Shown: one piece after another, positions 10,391 to 21,554 of the stretch
How positions within the stretch are numbered: the first letter of the stretch is position 1
Layout: every line of letters begins with the position of its first letter
Origin: Thecamonas trahens ATCC 50062
Taxonomy: Eukaryota > Protista > Apusomonadida
Direction: 5' to 3'
DNA length: 64,000 bases
Assembly (NCBI RefSeq): GCF_000142905.1
Contig: NW_013657612.1
Location: forward strand, 68,159 to 132,158
The notes under the pieces: generated by a model
Database searches by the model: none
Seen by the model: only the letters and a program-made list of their open reading frames with translations
Told to the model about the DNA's origin: nothing
Position numbers and translations under genes: made by a program

Positions 10391-13300
10391 TTACTGGTCG
10401 GGGCCCATCATGCTGTCGACGTTCTGGGTTGTCGGCATCGATGAGTTGACAGAGTCGAGGACGGGGATGTTCGAGTCCGAGGTGATACTCTCGAGGGGAA
10501 TTCCGTCGTTGATGACGAGCTGGGCCTCGCTGCCGTGAGCGAGATGTTGAACGTCGTCGATGGCAAACGAGCCGTGCGGGCCGGCAGCAGCAATGAACAC
10601 GTCGTCGACATCGTCACTGGAAAAAGCCTTGCCGGCAAAGGCGCGATCGACGGCCGCCTCATCGCGGGCGCGGATGCGCCAGACTTCATAGGCGACGCCG
10701 AGGATGACAACAGCGAGGAGGGCAAGGAGGCTGGTGATGACCACAGCGTCGCGGAGGTGGTGCGAAGAAGTGATCGTCCCACCCCACAAAAGTACAAACG
10801 AGCAGAGGACAGTGATGGCGTCAAGGATGTTGTGGTAGTCCTCAATGTAAGGCCGATGCCGCAAGGCGAGTGAGACAACGGCATGGCAGGCGAGGAAGAG
10901 CGCGACTAGCGTGGCCTTGACCGTCGCCGATCGAAAGGCACAGACCGCAACCACGACAAAGAGCTTGCGCCCCAGAATCACCAGCTCATAGCCGTAAAGA
11001 TGCGGCTTGTAGCGTGCCACGAGAAAGGCGTACCGCGAGACAAAGCTGAACATGTCGAGGCGGCGATGCTGGCGGCGGAGGAAGACTGCAAGGACGGTCG
11101 GGATTGAGAGCCCGTAGCCCGCAGCCACAGTCAAGATCATGGGTAGGAGACCGTACCAGGCGCCTGTGTAGCATCGTCGCTCGGGGTTGGTTGTCATGAC
11201 CACAATCCCTCCGCCGACGTCCGTGCAGTCAACGTAGCGCAGGGCGGCGTACATCAGCGGGAGGTAGAGGAGAAGGATGGTCTGCAAGTAGCCGCGGCCG
11301 GCGGCAGCCAGAACTCGCGGATTCGGCGTGATAGGCGAGCTCTTGGCCTCGGCGATGTTGACGGCGATGTTGACGGCGGCGGTGACGACGGCAAAAGGGA
11401 GCAGAAACAGGACGGGTAGCGCCATAGTCATGCCCCATTTGAACATCCACACATCGCCGACGTCGAGGCCGCACTCGGGCGACGCAAGATCAAGGTTGAG
11501 ATTGACGAGCGAGACGGCGTCAAAGACGGCTTCGGCAATCGGGTGCCACTCGAGGCGGATAGTGCCGTAGAGCGCGACCGATTGCAGCGTGTTGAGGGCG
11601 ATGACAAAAGAAGCATAGCCGTAGACCTTGGTGTTGCGAGTGTTGATCCATACAACGCCGGTCACGTAGACAAGGACCAGGACAACAAGCACGACGACGA
11701 TGACCGCGTTCGATCCCTTGCACTTGCGGCACGAGTCGCTCAGCCGATAGTAGCCCGACGCGCACTGCGCGCAGAGTCGACCGGTGTATCCGGAGGAGCA
11801 CCTCCCGTCGCCAGCGCAAGCCGCCTGCTGCGGGCATGCCACAAAGGCCGAGCCATCGTCGGTGGTCTCATAGCCCGGAGCCGCGCGCGGCGGGGTGTTG
11901 CCTCCAGCACACACAGCGCCGATCGGGCACGGCACACACGGCTTGCCGCGGGTCCGTGGGCCATATCCAAACCAGAACGTCGGCAGACAAGTGCAGTTCA
12001 AGAACGACGGCGAGGCCTCGGGCGATGCAGTGAACTCGGGACAGGCGGTGCAAGTCGGCGAGTTGATTTCGTCCGAGTACGAGCCGGCACCGCAGGTGGT
12101 GCATCGCACGCCATCGAGGACGCGCGATCCAGGCGCGCACGTCGCGGCGGCGGAGAGCACAAACGGCGAGCCGAGAATGTCGTCGCCGGCGATCTCTACC
12201 ACAAGAGTGTACGTGCCTCCATCGTCAACGACGAGCTCGAAGGCAAGCGTGTCTGCGGCGACGTAGACCGGTTCGATCAGGCGACTCACCCCTCCGGACT
12301 TGATGGTGACCGAGACATGGTCTGCGGGCGGCTGCTGCGCCAGAGCATTACCATAGGCGTCAGCAAGATGGACGGTGTACCAGACCGACTTGCCTGTCTC
12401 CTGATCAAGGGTGCCCGACGGCGGCAGGTCGACGAGGTACGAGCCAGTGGGCGAGGCAGGTCCCGGGCGGGTGGTGACGGTTAGTGACGTGAGCCCATTG
12501 GTGATAGGAAGGTTGTTGATGGCAAAGTGGTACACAAAGGTGCCAATGGTGGTTGGGGCACGGGCAACCGCGGTGTACTCACCAGTTGTCGGCATGGTGA
12601 TCGAGGTGAGGACCGAGTTTGACGAGCCGAGTGCGCCGGCGAACAGCAGATCGGTGCCGGTCGATGTTGGGATGTTGTTCACGTCGCGGAGAGAGTAGTA
12701 GATATTGTAGTCGGCACCAGCATCCAGAGTGAGCGGTGGGCTCGTGTCGAGGGTGACAAAAGAGAGCGCGATGTCGAGCGAGGAGCAAAAGGGGGCAAAC
12801 GAGCCGGACCAGGCGGATCCGGCGCTGCAAGTCCGCGAGACGTCGCCAACGACAGAGAATCCGGCGTTACAGCTGTAGGCACAGGTCTCACCATAGGCAG
12901 CCGGGTGCGAGGTGTTGGATGCACCGGAGCAGACGACGTTGCCGTTGACAGGCACGCTGAGCGGAGCGCACTCGACGTATTCGCAGATGGTGATGTTGCC
13001 GGACCAGCTGCCGCCGATGCAGGTACGGATCGCCGGGCCAGATACAAGACTGATGCCCGGATCACAGGCTATGGTCGCCACCGAGCCAGTGTAGCCAAAG
13101 TTGGAGTAGGTGATAGTTCCGCCAACGAGCGGTGGGATGAGCGGGCAGGCGTATGGCGGCGGCGGCGATGGCGGCGGCGGCGACGGCGGCGGGGACGGTG
13201 GTGGCGGCGGTGGCGGTGGGACGCATGTGATTGTGCTCGGGTCTGACGACCAGGTCCGGTCGGGCCGACATGCTACATATGGCGATCCGCGGGTGCCTGA

Positions 13301-14095
13301 AAGGTAAGCCGGGGGGTGGCATGCGAGGGCGAGGGTGTCCCCGATGGCGGCGGTCGTGGCGTTGACCAGGGGATCAAAGGCGACGGTGCCGCCCGCGAGC
13401 GCCGGGAACGGGTCACAGTACTGGATGATGCCGATAGAGAGGGCTGGCGTACCGCCTCCCGCCTCAGTTCCGACATCGAGGTGAGCAAGCTGAGGGTAGC
13501 AGTTGTTACAGGAAAGGCGGACGAGGAGAAAGTCGGTAAAATCCGGATCGGAGATGACAGCGTGGACGAGGGCAGCAAACTGAGCATCGCCTGCACCGAT
13601 GACAAAGGGCTCGGCCGAGGTGAGCGGCTTGGTGTACGCCTCGCCCTGCGATGTGGCCACAATTCCATTATAGTTTGTGAACGGCGGCGTTGTGAGCAGG
13701 TTGCGGACGCCATCGAGATTGAAGAAGGCCATACTGTAGTAGTCGGAGGGTAAAAAGCCCCACAGGACGTTGTCGAAGCGAACAAAAGTCGTGTCGGGAT
13801 CGATTCTCCAGATGCCTGAGAGGTCGAGGAGCAGCGGAGAGAAGCGAAAGGCGAGATGGCCAAAGAAAATTGTCGGGCGATCACTATCTTCTAGTGGAAA
13901 AGTAGCAAAGGGATGTGTGTCCATCTGGACTAGCATGTCCGAGGTCTTGTTGGCGTGACCAACGACGACTGCCGGCGAAGAAGATGCCGTGACGCACGCG
14001 GCGACCATGACAAAGACGAATACATGGCTCACCAGAACGAGTGTAGCACTTGAGGAGACAGAGAACATGACACAGTGTGGAAGAATGTGATACAA
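10391..14095 (-). CDS. Large surface receptor-like protein: signal peptide, Sushi/CCP repeats, filamin/Ig-like repeats, Cys-rich GCC2/GCC3 (ephrin-receptor-like) repeats, ~9 TM helices
   Basis: Sushi motifs (CPLIPPLVGG...CDPG...C..GSWSG; CAYSCNAGFSVVG...C...W), a filamin-like segment (GDDILGSPF), CTTCGAGSYS...CTACP repeats and a hydrophobic C-terminal multipass block. The exact start Met is uncertain. Confidence 0.8.
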   Translation of the reverse strand: MYHILPHCVMFSVSSSATLVLVSHVFVFVMVAACVTASSSPAVVVGHANKTSDMLVQMDTHPFATFPLEDSDRPTIFFGHLAFRFSPLLLDLSGIWRIDPDTTFVRFDNVLWGFLPSDYYSMAFFNLDGVRNLLTTPPFTNYNGIVATSQGEAYTKPLTSAEPFVIGAGDAQFAALVHAVISDPDFTDFLLVRLSCNNCYPQLAHLDVGTEAGGGTPALSIGIIQYCDPFPALAGGTVAFDPLVNATTAAIGDTLALACHPPAYLSGTRGSPYVACRPDRTWSSDPSTITCVPPPPPPPPSPPPSPPPPSPPPPYACPLIPPLVGGTITYSNFGYTGSVATIACDPGISLVSGPAIRTCIGGSWSGNITICEYVECAPLSVPVNGNVVCSGASNTSHPAAYGETCAYSCNAGFSVVGDVSRTCSAGSAWSGSFAPFCSSLDIALSFVTLDTSPPLTLDAGADYNIYYSLRDVNNIPTSTGTDLLFAGALGSSNSVLTSITMPTTGEYTAVARAPTTIGTFVYHFAINNLPITNGLTSLTVTTRPGPASPTGSYLVDLPPSGTLDQETGKSVWYTVHLADAYGNALAQQPPADHVSVTIKSGGVSRLIEPVYVAADTLAFELVVDDGGTYTLVVEIAGDDILGSPFVLSAAATCAPGSRVLDGVRCTTCGAGSYSDEINSPTCTACPEFTASPEASPSFLNCTCLPTFWFGYGPRTRGKPCVPCPIGAVCAGGNTPPRAAPGYETTDDGSAFVACPQQAACAGDGRCSSGYTGRLCAQCASGYYRLSDSCRKCKGSNAVIVVVLVVLVLVYVTGVVWINTRNTKVYGYASFVIALNTLQSVALYGTIRLEWHPIAEAVFDAVSLVNLNLDLASPECGLDVGDVWMFKWGMTMALPVLFLLPFAVVTAAVNIAVNIAEAKSSPITPNPRVLAAAGRGYLQTILLLYLPLMYAALRYVDCTDVGGGIVVMTTNPERRCYTGAWYGLLPMILTVAAGYGLSIPTVLAVFLRRQHRRLDMFSFVSRYAFLVARYKPHLYGYELVILGRKLFVVVAVCAFRSATVKATLVALFLACHAVVSLALRHRPYIEDYHNILDAITVLCSFVLLWGGTITSSHHLRDAVVITSLLALLAVVILGVAYEVWRIRARDEAAVDRAFAGKAFSSDDVDDVFIAAAGPHGSFAIDDVQHLAHGSEAQLVINDGIPLESITSDSNIPVLDSVNSSMPTTQNVDSMMGPDQ

Positions 14096-14254
14096 TAGAC
14101 GGCTTTGGTGTTCAAGAGAAATGGGGAACTTGACTGTTTTGCTCTGTGGCAGTAGGGGGGGGTGGGGGGGTTCGGAAAAATATGGGGCGCGCAGGGGGAA
14201 GGGTAGGGGGGGAGGGTGGGGAAGTGGGGGGGGGGGATAGTCGAGGCGATGGCT

Positions 14255-15698
14255 CTACTTGTACGACTGGCCTACGGATGTGAGGACGAGGACGTTGACG
14301 GTGACAGAGACGATGCCGCCGATGGCACCGCCGATGATGAGGGCCCAGGCGCCGTAGTAGTAGGCCGGCGATGGGCTCATCAGGTGGTAGAGGCGGACGT
14401 AGAAGAGGCCTGGGAGGATGTAGACGATAGCGACGCCAAAGACGGAGCCTGAGAAGCCAAAGACGGTGGCGACGTTGTCGGTGGCAATGGCGATGCCGTT
14501 GGTGATGAGGACGATGGCGACGGTGAGGGCCTTGAAGCGCCAGTACGGCGGGTCGTCAGCAGCGGCGGCAACAGGGGAGGCGCTGCGGAAGAGGAACGAG
14601 TCGAGGTTCTCGCGGAGAGCAAAGAGGACGAGCGGGTAGGAAAGGATGAGGGCGAGGCCAAGAGTGAGGCGGGCGATGAGGACGGGGACCCAATCCGGCG
14701 AAAAGTTGTTGAGGACATCGCCCTGGGTGTGCTCGCCAAACTGAAAGTAGCCGATGAGGGCGTAGGCAAGATACATGATGAGGGCGACGAGGCACGAGGT
14801 GTTGGTGACGACGTGGATGCGAGTCGAGGACCGCTGAGCAAGCTCGCGGTAGAACGAGAGCGCGTTGTAGTGGGCAGTGTAGGCGACGACAAGAAGGGGA
14901 AGGCGAGAGTGAGGCCGGGCTTGAAGCGGACAAGCTTGACGGATGGCTCAATGCCAGTGTCCGCCAGGTGATCCGCGAGGACACCGAGGGTGTAGACGAC
15001 GCAGACAAGGGCGAGCAGCGAGGAGTACTGGAGGGCGTCGAGGCGCTGCGGGAGGGAGAGTGGGAGCATAAAGACGACGGCGACGGCAGCGATGATAAAG
15101 TCGCGGTTGACCCAGAGTGAGGAGGAGGAGAGCCAGTGGGCAAAGACGCGCGGGATAAAGTCGCCGATAAGAACGCCGCGGCCGATGCAAGTGCCAGCGG
15201 TGTAGCAGATGAGGATGAGCTCGCAAATCTTTGCCATGCGCATGCCGTAGGCGCGGACGGCGATGTCGCGGTAGGAGAAGAGGCCTGTTGCATCGTGGAG
15301 GCGGATGAGAAGCGAGAAGGAGAACATGGAGGCGATGCAGGTGACAATGAGCATGACGCAGCCGATGATGGTTCCGGCCGAGCGGAGAGCATACGGCAGG
15401 GTGATGACGCCTGCGCCCACGATGGTGTTGGAGAGGTTGAAGATCGACGACGGAATCGAGGCTGTGCCGTAGCTCTTGAGTGGCGAGGTGATGAGTGCGG
15501 TGTCTTCGGATGCATGGGCTGTATTGACCGTACTGTGGACAGAGAGGAGAGGTGGTGGTGAGTGGGATGGGTAGGGATGAGGTAGGCAAGGGATGAGGTG
15601 GACAGGCAGGCAATGGTGAGGCAGGCAACCAGCCAGCGTGAGGCATGTAGGACGAGCTAGCACACGTACGTATTCAAGGTGGGGCCAGGACGGGACAT
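14255..15698 (-). CDS. Amino-acid permease (AAAP / SLC38-AVT family); intron 15533-15669; apparent 1-nt deletion near 14897
   Basis: Exon 1 MSRPGPTLNT splices in phase via GTACGT...CACAG to TVNTAHASED...SSIFNLSNTIVGAGVITLPYA. After the shift the frame reads VVAYTAHYN...ALIGYFQFGEHTQGDVLNNF...LSYPL...VFGFSGSVFG...YILPGLFY. Confidence 0.88.
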
Positions 15699-15805
15699 GG
15701 CTACAACCACTCTGTTCCCGTCGACAACAAGGTGGGTGGTGGTAGTCCTGGTGGGGAGGAGTGGTGGCCGAGGTTGAGACCAGGGCATGTGTGTGTGTGG
15801 TGGGG

Positions 15806-15905
15806 NNNNNNNNNNNNNNNNNNNNNNNNNNNNNNNNNNNNNNNNNNNNNNNNNNNNNNNNNNNNNNNNNNNNNNNNNNNNNNNNNNNNNNNNNNNNNNN
15901 NNNNN
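15806..15905. other. Assembly gap (100 N)
   Basis: N run flanked by G tracts. Confidence 0.99.
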
Positions 15906-16031
15906 GGGAGGGGGGGGGGGAGTCCTCTCAAGCCGGGGGCTCGCACGGGCGGCTCGCACGGGCGGCTCGCATGGCGGGACACGACAGATGGGTACGGTAC
16001 GACGGTTTCGGCTCATCGCAGCCTACAATGT

Positions 16032-18852
16032 TTACCACTGCACTCCTGCCAGAGTCATCGACACAGGAAGAGGCGGCGGCGGCGGGAGCGACTCGGACGC
16101 GGTTGACGACGAGTCGGAGGAGGTCGTCGGCGATGAGACCGTCGAGTTGGACGCGAGCCGGGAAGTGGCAGGGGAGGTTGGCGAGATTGGCGAGGTCGGC
16201 GAGCCTTCGCCGGTCAGCTCGCGAATGCGCAGTTCGGCAGGAATTGCAAGCGTGAGCTGCGGGAAGCCCCCAGCCGTCGGCGATGCTGAGAACGAGCTCG
16301 CCACAGACGGCGACCGCGGACTGGCAGTCATCGCTGTCGCCGACGGCGGAAGCGCACACTGGATGGCTTCCATCGTGTCGAGAAAGGCGAGTCCAGAGCC
16401 CTCAAAGTACGTCTCCATGTCATCGATCATCGGTTGCCGCACAGGCTCCGCGGGTGTCGCGCTCACGCCAGCCGCCACGGTCGCCTCCTCAACTCCAGAC
16501 GACGACTCGATGGCGTCAATGTCCACCACAGAAAAGTCCACATCCGACGACTTGCGCACAGCACTTGGCGTCGCCATCCACAGTGCCGGCCGCTTCTTCC
16601 GCTGGGTGGCACGCCGGATCTCGTACCCGATGCCGCCCACGACGACAGCAACCAAGGACAGCAGCGCCGCAATGATGCACGCGTCGCGGAAGCCCGACGG
16701 CTTGCCGCTCGCGGCTGACCACACCACCACAACCGCGCAGCCGCTGCCGGCGGCCGCCATCGCGTTGTGGCGCGGCCGGACGTACGGCCGGTGACGCCGG
16801 ACAGCGTCGTGGATGGAGAGCATGACAAGCACAAGCCCCACCACAAACGCCTTGGTCTGCGCCGACCGCACCACACACACACCCAGCACCACAGCAAGCT
16901 GCTTGCCGAGTATCACGCCGTCATACCAAGGGATACCCGCCTTGAACTTGGCGGTGAGAAAGGCCAGCCGCCGGCGGCGGAGCGCAACCAGGACCGTCGC
17001 TAGCCCCGCGGGAACGCCGGCGCTGTACACCACGGCCGCCACCATCACCAGCGGCAGCATCTGATACCACTCGTCGGTGTAGCATCGCTGCTGCGGGTTG
17101 GTCGTCATCACCGCCACCCGCTGCTGACATAGGTGCAGTCGACATACTGCAGCGCGCCGTAGACGAGCGGCAGATACAAAGTATCAGCGTCTGGGCATAC
17201 CCGCGCGCCGCGCCGCGCATCACCCGCGAAGTCACCCCGCCGCGCGCAGTCTTGGCTGCTCCGCGCCGCTGCACTCTGGTCACTACCGCTGTCGCGACCA
17301 AGTACGGCAGCACAAACAAGAGCGGCAGCGCCATCGTCATACCAAACTTGAACATCCACGCATCATGCGCGCCGAGCCCGCATCCGGGTGCCGCGAGATC
17401 AAGGTTGACATTGGCCAGCGAGACCGCGTCCAACACGGCCCGCGCTACAGGGTGCCACTCCAGCTGGAGCGTGCCGATGAGGCCTACCACCTGTGCTGTG
17501 TTGATCGCGATGCCCGCTGCTGCAGTCATCGCGTGCGCGTCGCGGGAGTTGAGCCACACGCTGCCTACCGCATAACCAAAAACCGCCAGCACCATGCTGG
17601 TCGCCACCAACCCACTCGCCGCGCTGCACGACCGGCATACTCCACCGATGAGGTAATATCCGCTCGCACACGCGCCACACAGTGGCCCAGTGTACCCCCG
17701 TCTACACCCGTTGCCTTCAGAACATGCGCCTGCGAGCGGGCATGCCACAAATGACAACGGCGCATCGCCACTGGGGGCAAAGCCAGGTGCGGCGACCGGG
17801 GCAGCGTCTCCGCCGGTGCACTCTGCGCCGAGTGGACACGCCATGCAGCGCAACTCGAGCAGGTCTTCGGTTCGCGCTGCCCAGTAGCCCCGCAAGCAAG
17901 AGCAGTTGGTGATGCTTGCCGACCGGGCCGGCGAGGTCGAGAAGTTCGGGCAAGCGGTGCAGCGAGCGGCACCATTGCTCGCCGAGTAAGTCCCGGCATC
18001 ACACGGCGAGCACTCTGCTGCGCCCTGCATCGCAACCTCGCCATCGGCACAGACTGGCGCCGGGACACACTGGACCGCCGGCGGCATCACATTCCACGCA
18101 CCGTCGATACATGTCACTGTCGCGGGACCGACAAGCACCGTCCCGTCCTCGCATCGAACCGCAAGCGCGTCGCCAGCCGGCGCGCTGGTGGTGCCGGTGA
18201 CCGGCGAGCGTGCAATGCTACCGCGCGGCAGAGCCGGATACTCTGGACACACGTGGTAGTAGCCGACCTCAAAGGTGACGGGCGCGGTGGCCAATTGATG
18301 GCTGCGATTGGTGTCGGGAGCTAGAAGCTCGAGCCGCACGACGAGCCAGCCGCCAAACTGCGGCGCGTCGACCGCGGCCTGGACGAGCTTGTCGATATCG
18401 ACCACAAACGGGTTCATGTTTGTGGTGGCTGGCCAGCTGACCATCGGGCCTATCCGCGGCACCGCGTCAAGGCCACCAGTTGCGGTCCATGGCGCTGTGT
18501 TGAGTGGCCCGCCGACGCCGAGATGATCGTAGGCGTACGCCCGAACCGTCCACAGTGCCGATGACGACGACTCGCCATCCACCAGTTGCGGTAGTGTGAT
18601 CCGAGTTGACATCGAGTCCACTTGCAGCCTGCCGAGTGCCGGGAGCGCCAAGCTGCGCAGATCGAGTCGAAGCGCCACAAGCTCGTCAGCCATGGCCACA
18701 TAGCCTGTCACCGCCGTCGAGTTCCCGTTCATTGAACTCATCTTTCGGGCGTCGACCTCGAGATTGAGCGAGCCCGAGACCGAGAGCAGAACGGCAGCAT
18801 GACTGGTAGTTATGAGCAGTGCCAACGCCAGCGCCATGAGTTTCAGAGCCAT
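16032..18852 (-). CDS. Paralog of the 10391-14095 receptor (signal peptide, Sushi, GCC2/GCC3 Cys-rich repeats, multipass TM block); two apparent 1-nt deletions near 17180 and 17118
   Basis: MALKLMALALALL signal peptide. Stitching ORFs 16921..19065, 17108..17359 and 16032..17117 gives LEWHPVARAVLDAVSLANVNLDLAAPGCGL...WMFKFGMTMALP...YLPLVYGALQYVDCT...VMTTNPQQRCYT, closely matching the upstream paralog. Confidence 0.8.
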
Positions 18853-19257
18853 GCTGGCCTTGCGTGGCGAGCCAGACCGAGAGGTGAGGTTGCGGAGAGC
18901 GAGTTGAGGAACAACTCGGAAATTTTTTGTCATTCTTCCGCCGCACGCGTCGGTCTCTGCTGGCCGGTAACGAGTTGCGAGCGATGACGGAGAGCGAGAT
19001 GAGGACAAGCTGATGTATGAGAGTGGCTCGAGAACTCCCGTAGCACCAGTCGTTGCGTGAGGCACAGACTTTGTGGCTTGTGCGAGGTGATCCGGGTTAA
19101 ACTCCGGGTTGAATGCAGGGAGGAGGTCGAGGCCAAACGGTCGGCACGTGCGTGGAGTGGAATGGTATGTGGCTCAACCCCCGCACTTGGCACTAAGCCT
19201 TGTTGCTGGGGCCGCAAACTTGGCGAGTGTGCTTGGGAAAACAAGGATTTACCCCGA

Positions 19258-20061
19258 CTACGCGTCCCAAGTGACCTGGATCGATGACGGCGAGAGGATA
19301 TGGGCCTGGGAGGAGCAGACCGGGTCCTCCTGCTTGGCCTGCCAAGTGGGCGTGACGCGGTTGTTGGCGACCTCGACCTCGATGTTGGTCCAGGTCACCT
19401 TGCCGTCGGCCGGGAGACCCGAGCACGACGACTGGTGCTCGACGACAAAGTAGCTGAGCGGGTACTTGACGCCCTGCGCCGGGACCTTGGTCGTCACCGA
19501 CTGGCCCTTGGCCTCGCAGGCGATGTACATCTCATACTCATCGGTCGACGGCAGGTAGGTGATCGAGGCGTAGATGGCATCGCCAGGCACAACCTTGAAC
19601 GCCTGCGACTGGTGCCAGCCGGCATGCGGGCCGCTCCACACAAACCATCCGTTGAAGCACGTGTAATGCAGATCACCGTCGCCAAAGGCCAGAATCGGCT
19701 GCACAAGGTACGTGTTGTCCGCGTTCTCCACGCTGATCCAGAACCCTGGCGCGCGCGACGCAAACTTGTCACTCGGGTACGCGGGCACCGTCCAGTTGGC
19801 CGCAAGGAAGGTAATCGAATCTGTCCCGTACACGCCACCACACACACACGCCCCTCAGTGCAGCTGTAAGTAGCGCCCCCCCCTCCCCCCCCATCCCTCT
19901 CCGATCAGGATCAGGTGCCACCGCCGATCACCATTACCCGAAAAAGGCCACTTACCGTCAGCGCTGTACTCTGCGTACGAGAGCCACGACGAGGCCGGGT
20001 CCTGGGCAGCAGTCGCAACCGCAAGGGCGACAAGCACCACACACACAAGCACTGTGTTCAT
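19258..20061 (-). CDS. Secreted beta-sandwich protein, peptidase G1/concanavalin-like; intron 19821-19955
   Basis: Signal peptide MNTVLVCVVLVALAVATAA; in-phase GTAAG...ACAG intron; motifs NWTVP, FWISVE...LVQPIL, VVPGDAIYASI and YFVVE resemble the G1 (eqolisin)-like layout. The fold assignment is an inference. Confidence 0.65.
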
Positions 20062-20137
20062 ATCAAGGCAAGCCGTGACAAGTGTACCCTCCCCTCCCCT
20101 TCCCCTTCCCCCCCCCCCTCGTTCACCACCTCCACCA

Positions 20138-20193
20138 TGATCGATCACCACCCCCCTGATCGATCACCGCAACCTTACTGCTGATCGATCACC
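20138..20193. promoter_or_regulatory. Three copies of palindromic TGATCGATCA(CC) in a divergent promoter
   Basis: Copies start at 20138, 20157 and 20182, in the 157-bp gap between ATG 20061(-) and ATG 20219(+). Confidence 0.5.
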
Positions 20194-20218
20194 ACCCCAC
20201 CCACCCCCTCCTTGCCCC

Positions 20219-21439
20219 ATGGCCTCCACCAACCTCCCCGACTTCCACTCTCCGCAATGGCAGTGGTGGTCAAGCTACCGGGCCATGTTTGGTGGAGAGG
20301 CTTGGCGGGTCCTGTCTGCAGCGCGGGCAGAGCCTGTGGTACCACTGGCTACCCACGTCGGCATGAAGCTCAAGCTGGCCTCGCTCACCTCGCCGCTTGT
20401 CGGCGGACCTTTGGCGGTCCATGTCACCCACTGTGTGGTGCCGTCTGCCGGCGGAATGGCGTCATGGATGCGAGCACATGCTGAGCGACTTGCTCTCTCT
20501 CGAGCATCGGCCAAAGACGGCGAGTGCAACCGCCCGCACTCGCTCCTCGCCCTTTGCGGCATGCTCGCAGACTCGGCCACATCAGTTCGTCTCGTCATGG
20601 ATCCGCTCGACTCGCGTGCTGTACTCCGCATTGTCGCTGTCGAGCCCAATGTGGATGCCCCCAGCTGGGCTCGCTGGATCCAGGTCGGCGTCCACCCGGG
20701 CGAAGCCAAGGTCGGCTACGAAATGCGCACGCCGCAGTTTGACGCCGGCTCCACCCTCGACCTGGTCTCGGATCGCGACGCGGTGACCTCGTGGATAGCT
20801 GCGCAGCGATCAGTATGCCAGGTGACTTCCGCCATTCGCTCTGCGCTGGGATTTCTCGTCCCGTCGCTTGCGCCAAAGACGTCGGCGTTAGACGAGCTGG
20901 CCTCGTTCGCTGCCCGCGACGCCGACGGAGACCAGCTGCACATCCGGGTCGGCGCGCAGGGCAAGGTCTCACTCTCGCCATCATGGGCGTCATCTTTTGC
21001 CACCTCGCATCTGGCAACCGTCACCGCTGACGTCGCTGCCGCCGTTGTCCGGGGCGACGGCTCTTTCGAGGCCGGTCTCGCATCCGAGTCGGCCTTCACC
21101 GCCGCCCGCGCCTACCTCTACCTCTGCACCACCCTCCCCGACACGCGCAGGCTCGAGCTCGTCGCCGACGCCGAGCTTGCTCGCATTGACCCAGTCCGCG
21201 ACGCCCAGAGCTCGCTCGCCCTTGCCGCCCGCGCCGCGGCCCGCCTCGAGATCCTCTCCGGCGTCCATCTCTCCCTCGCTGGCCACTCATCCGGCACTGT
21301 CGCTGCATCGCTCTCGTGGCACGCGCCGCTCACAACCGGACCTATCTCATCCCTCTCACTCACCCTCGGCGTCATGACTTCCATCGTCTCTGCCGCTGAC
21401 AATCTCGTCAGTTGGGGCGGTCTCACCCTCGAGGCTTAG
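20219..21439 (+). CDS. Hypothetical protein (406 aa)
   Basis: Long ORF with codon usage like neighbouring genes, filling the space between two genes; no family recognised. Confidence 0.6.
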   Translation: MASTNLPDFHSPQWQWWSSYRAMFGGEAWRVLSAARAEPVVPLATHVGMKLKLASLTSPLVGGPLAVHVTHCVVPSAGGMASWMRAHAERLALSRASAKDGECNRPHSLLALCGMLADSATSVRLVMDPLDSRAVLRIVAVEPNVDAPSWARWIQVGVHPGEAKVGYEMRTPQFDAGSTLDLVSDRDAVTSWIAAQRSVCQVTSAIRSALGFLVPSLAPKTSALDELASFAARDADGDQLHIRVGAQGKVSLSPSWASSFATSHLATVTADVAAAVVRGDGSFEAGLASESAFTAARAYLYLCTTLPDTRRLELVADAELARIDPVRDAQSSLALAARAAARLEILSGVHLSLAGHSSGTVAASLSWHAPLTTGPISSLSLTLGVMTSIVSAADNLVSWGGLTLEA

Positions 21440-21554
21440 CCCGGCCGAGTCCTGCGCGAGCCAACAACAAAATGGCCAACCACCGACCACCGCCCCCCCC
21501 CCAGCTACCCACACACAACACACACACATTGCACCACTTCACGTCGCTGCATCC

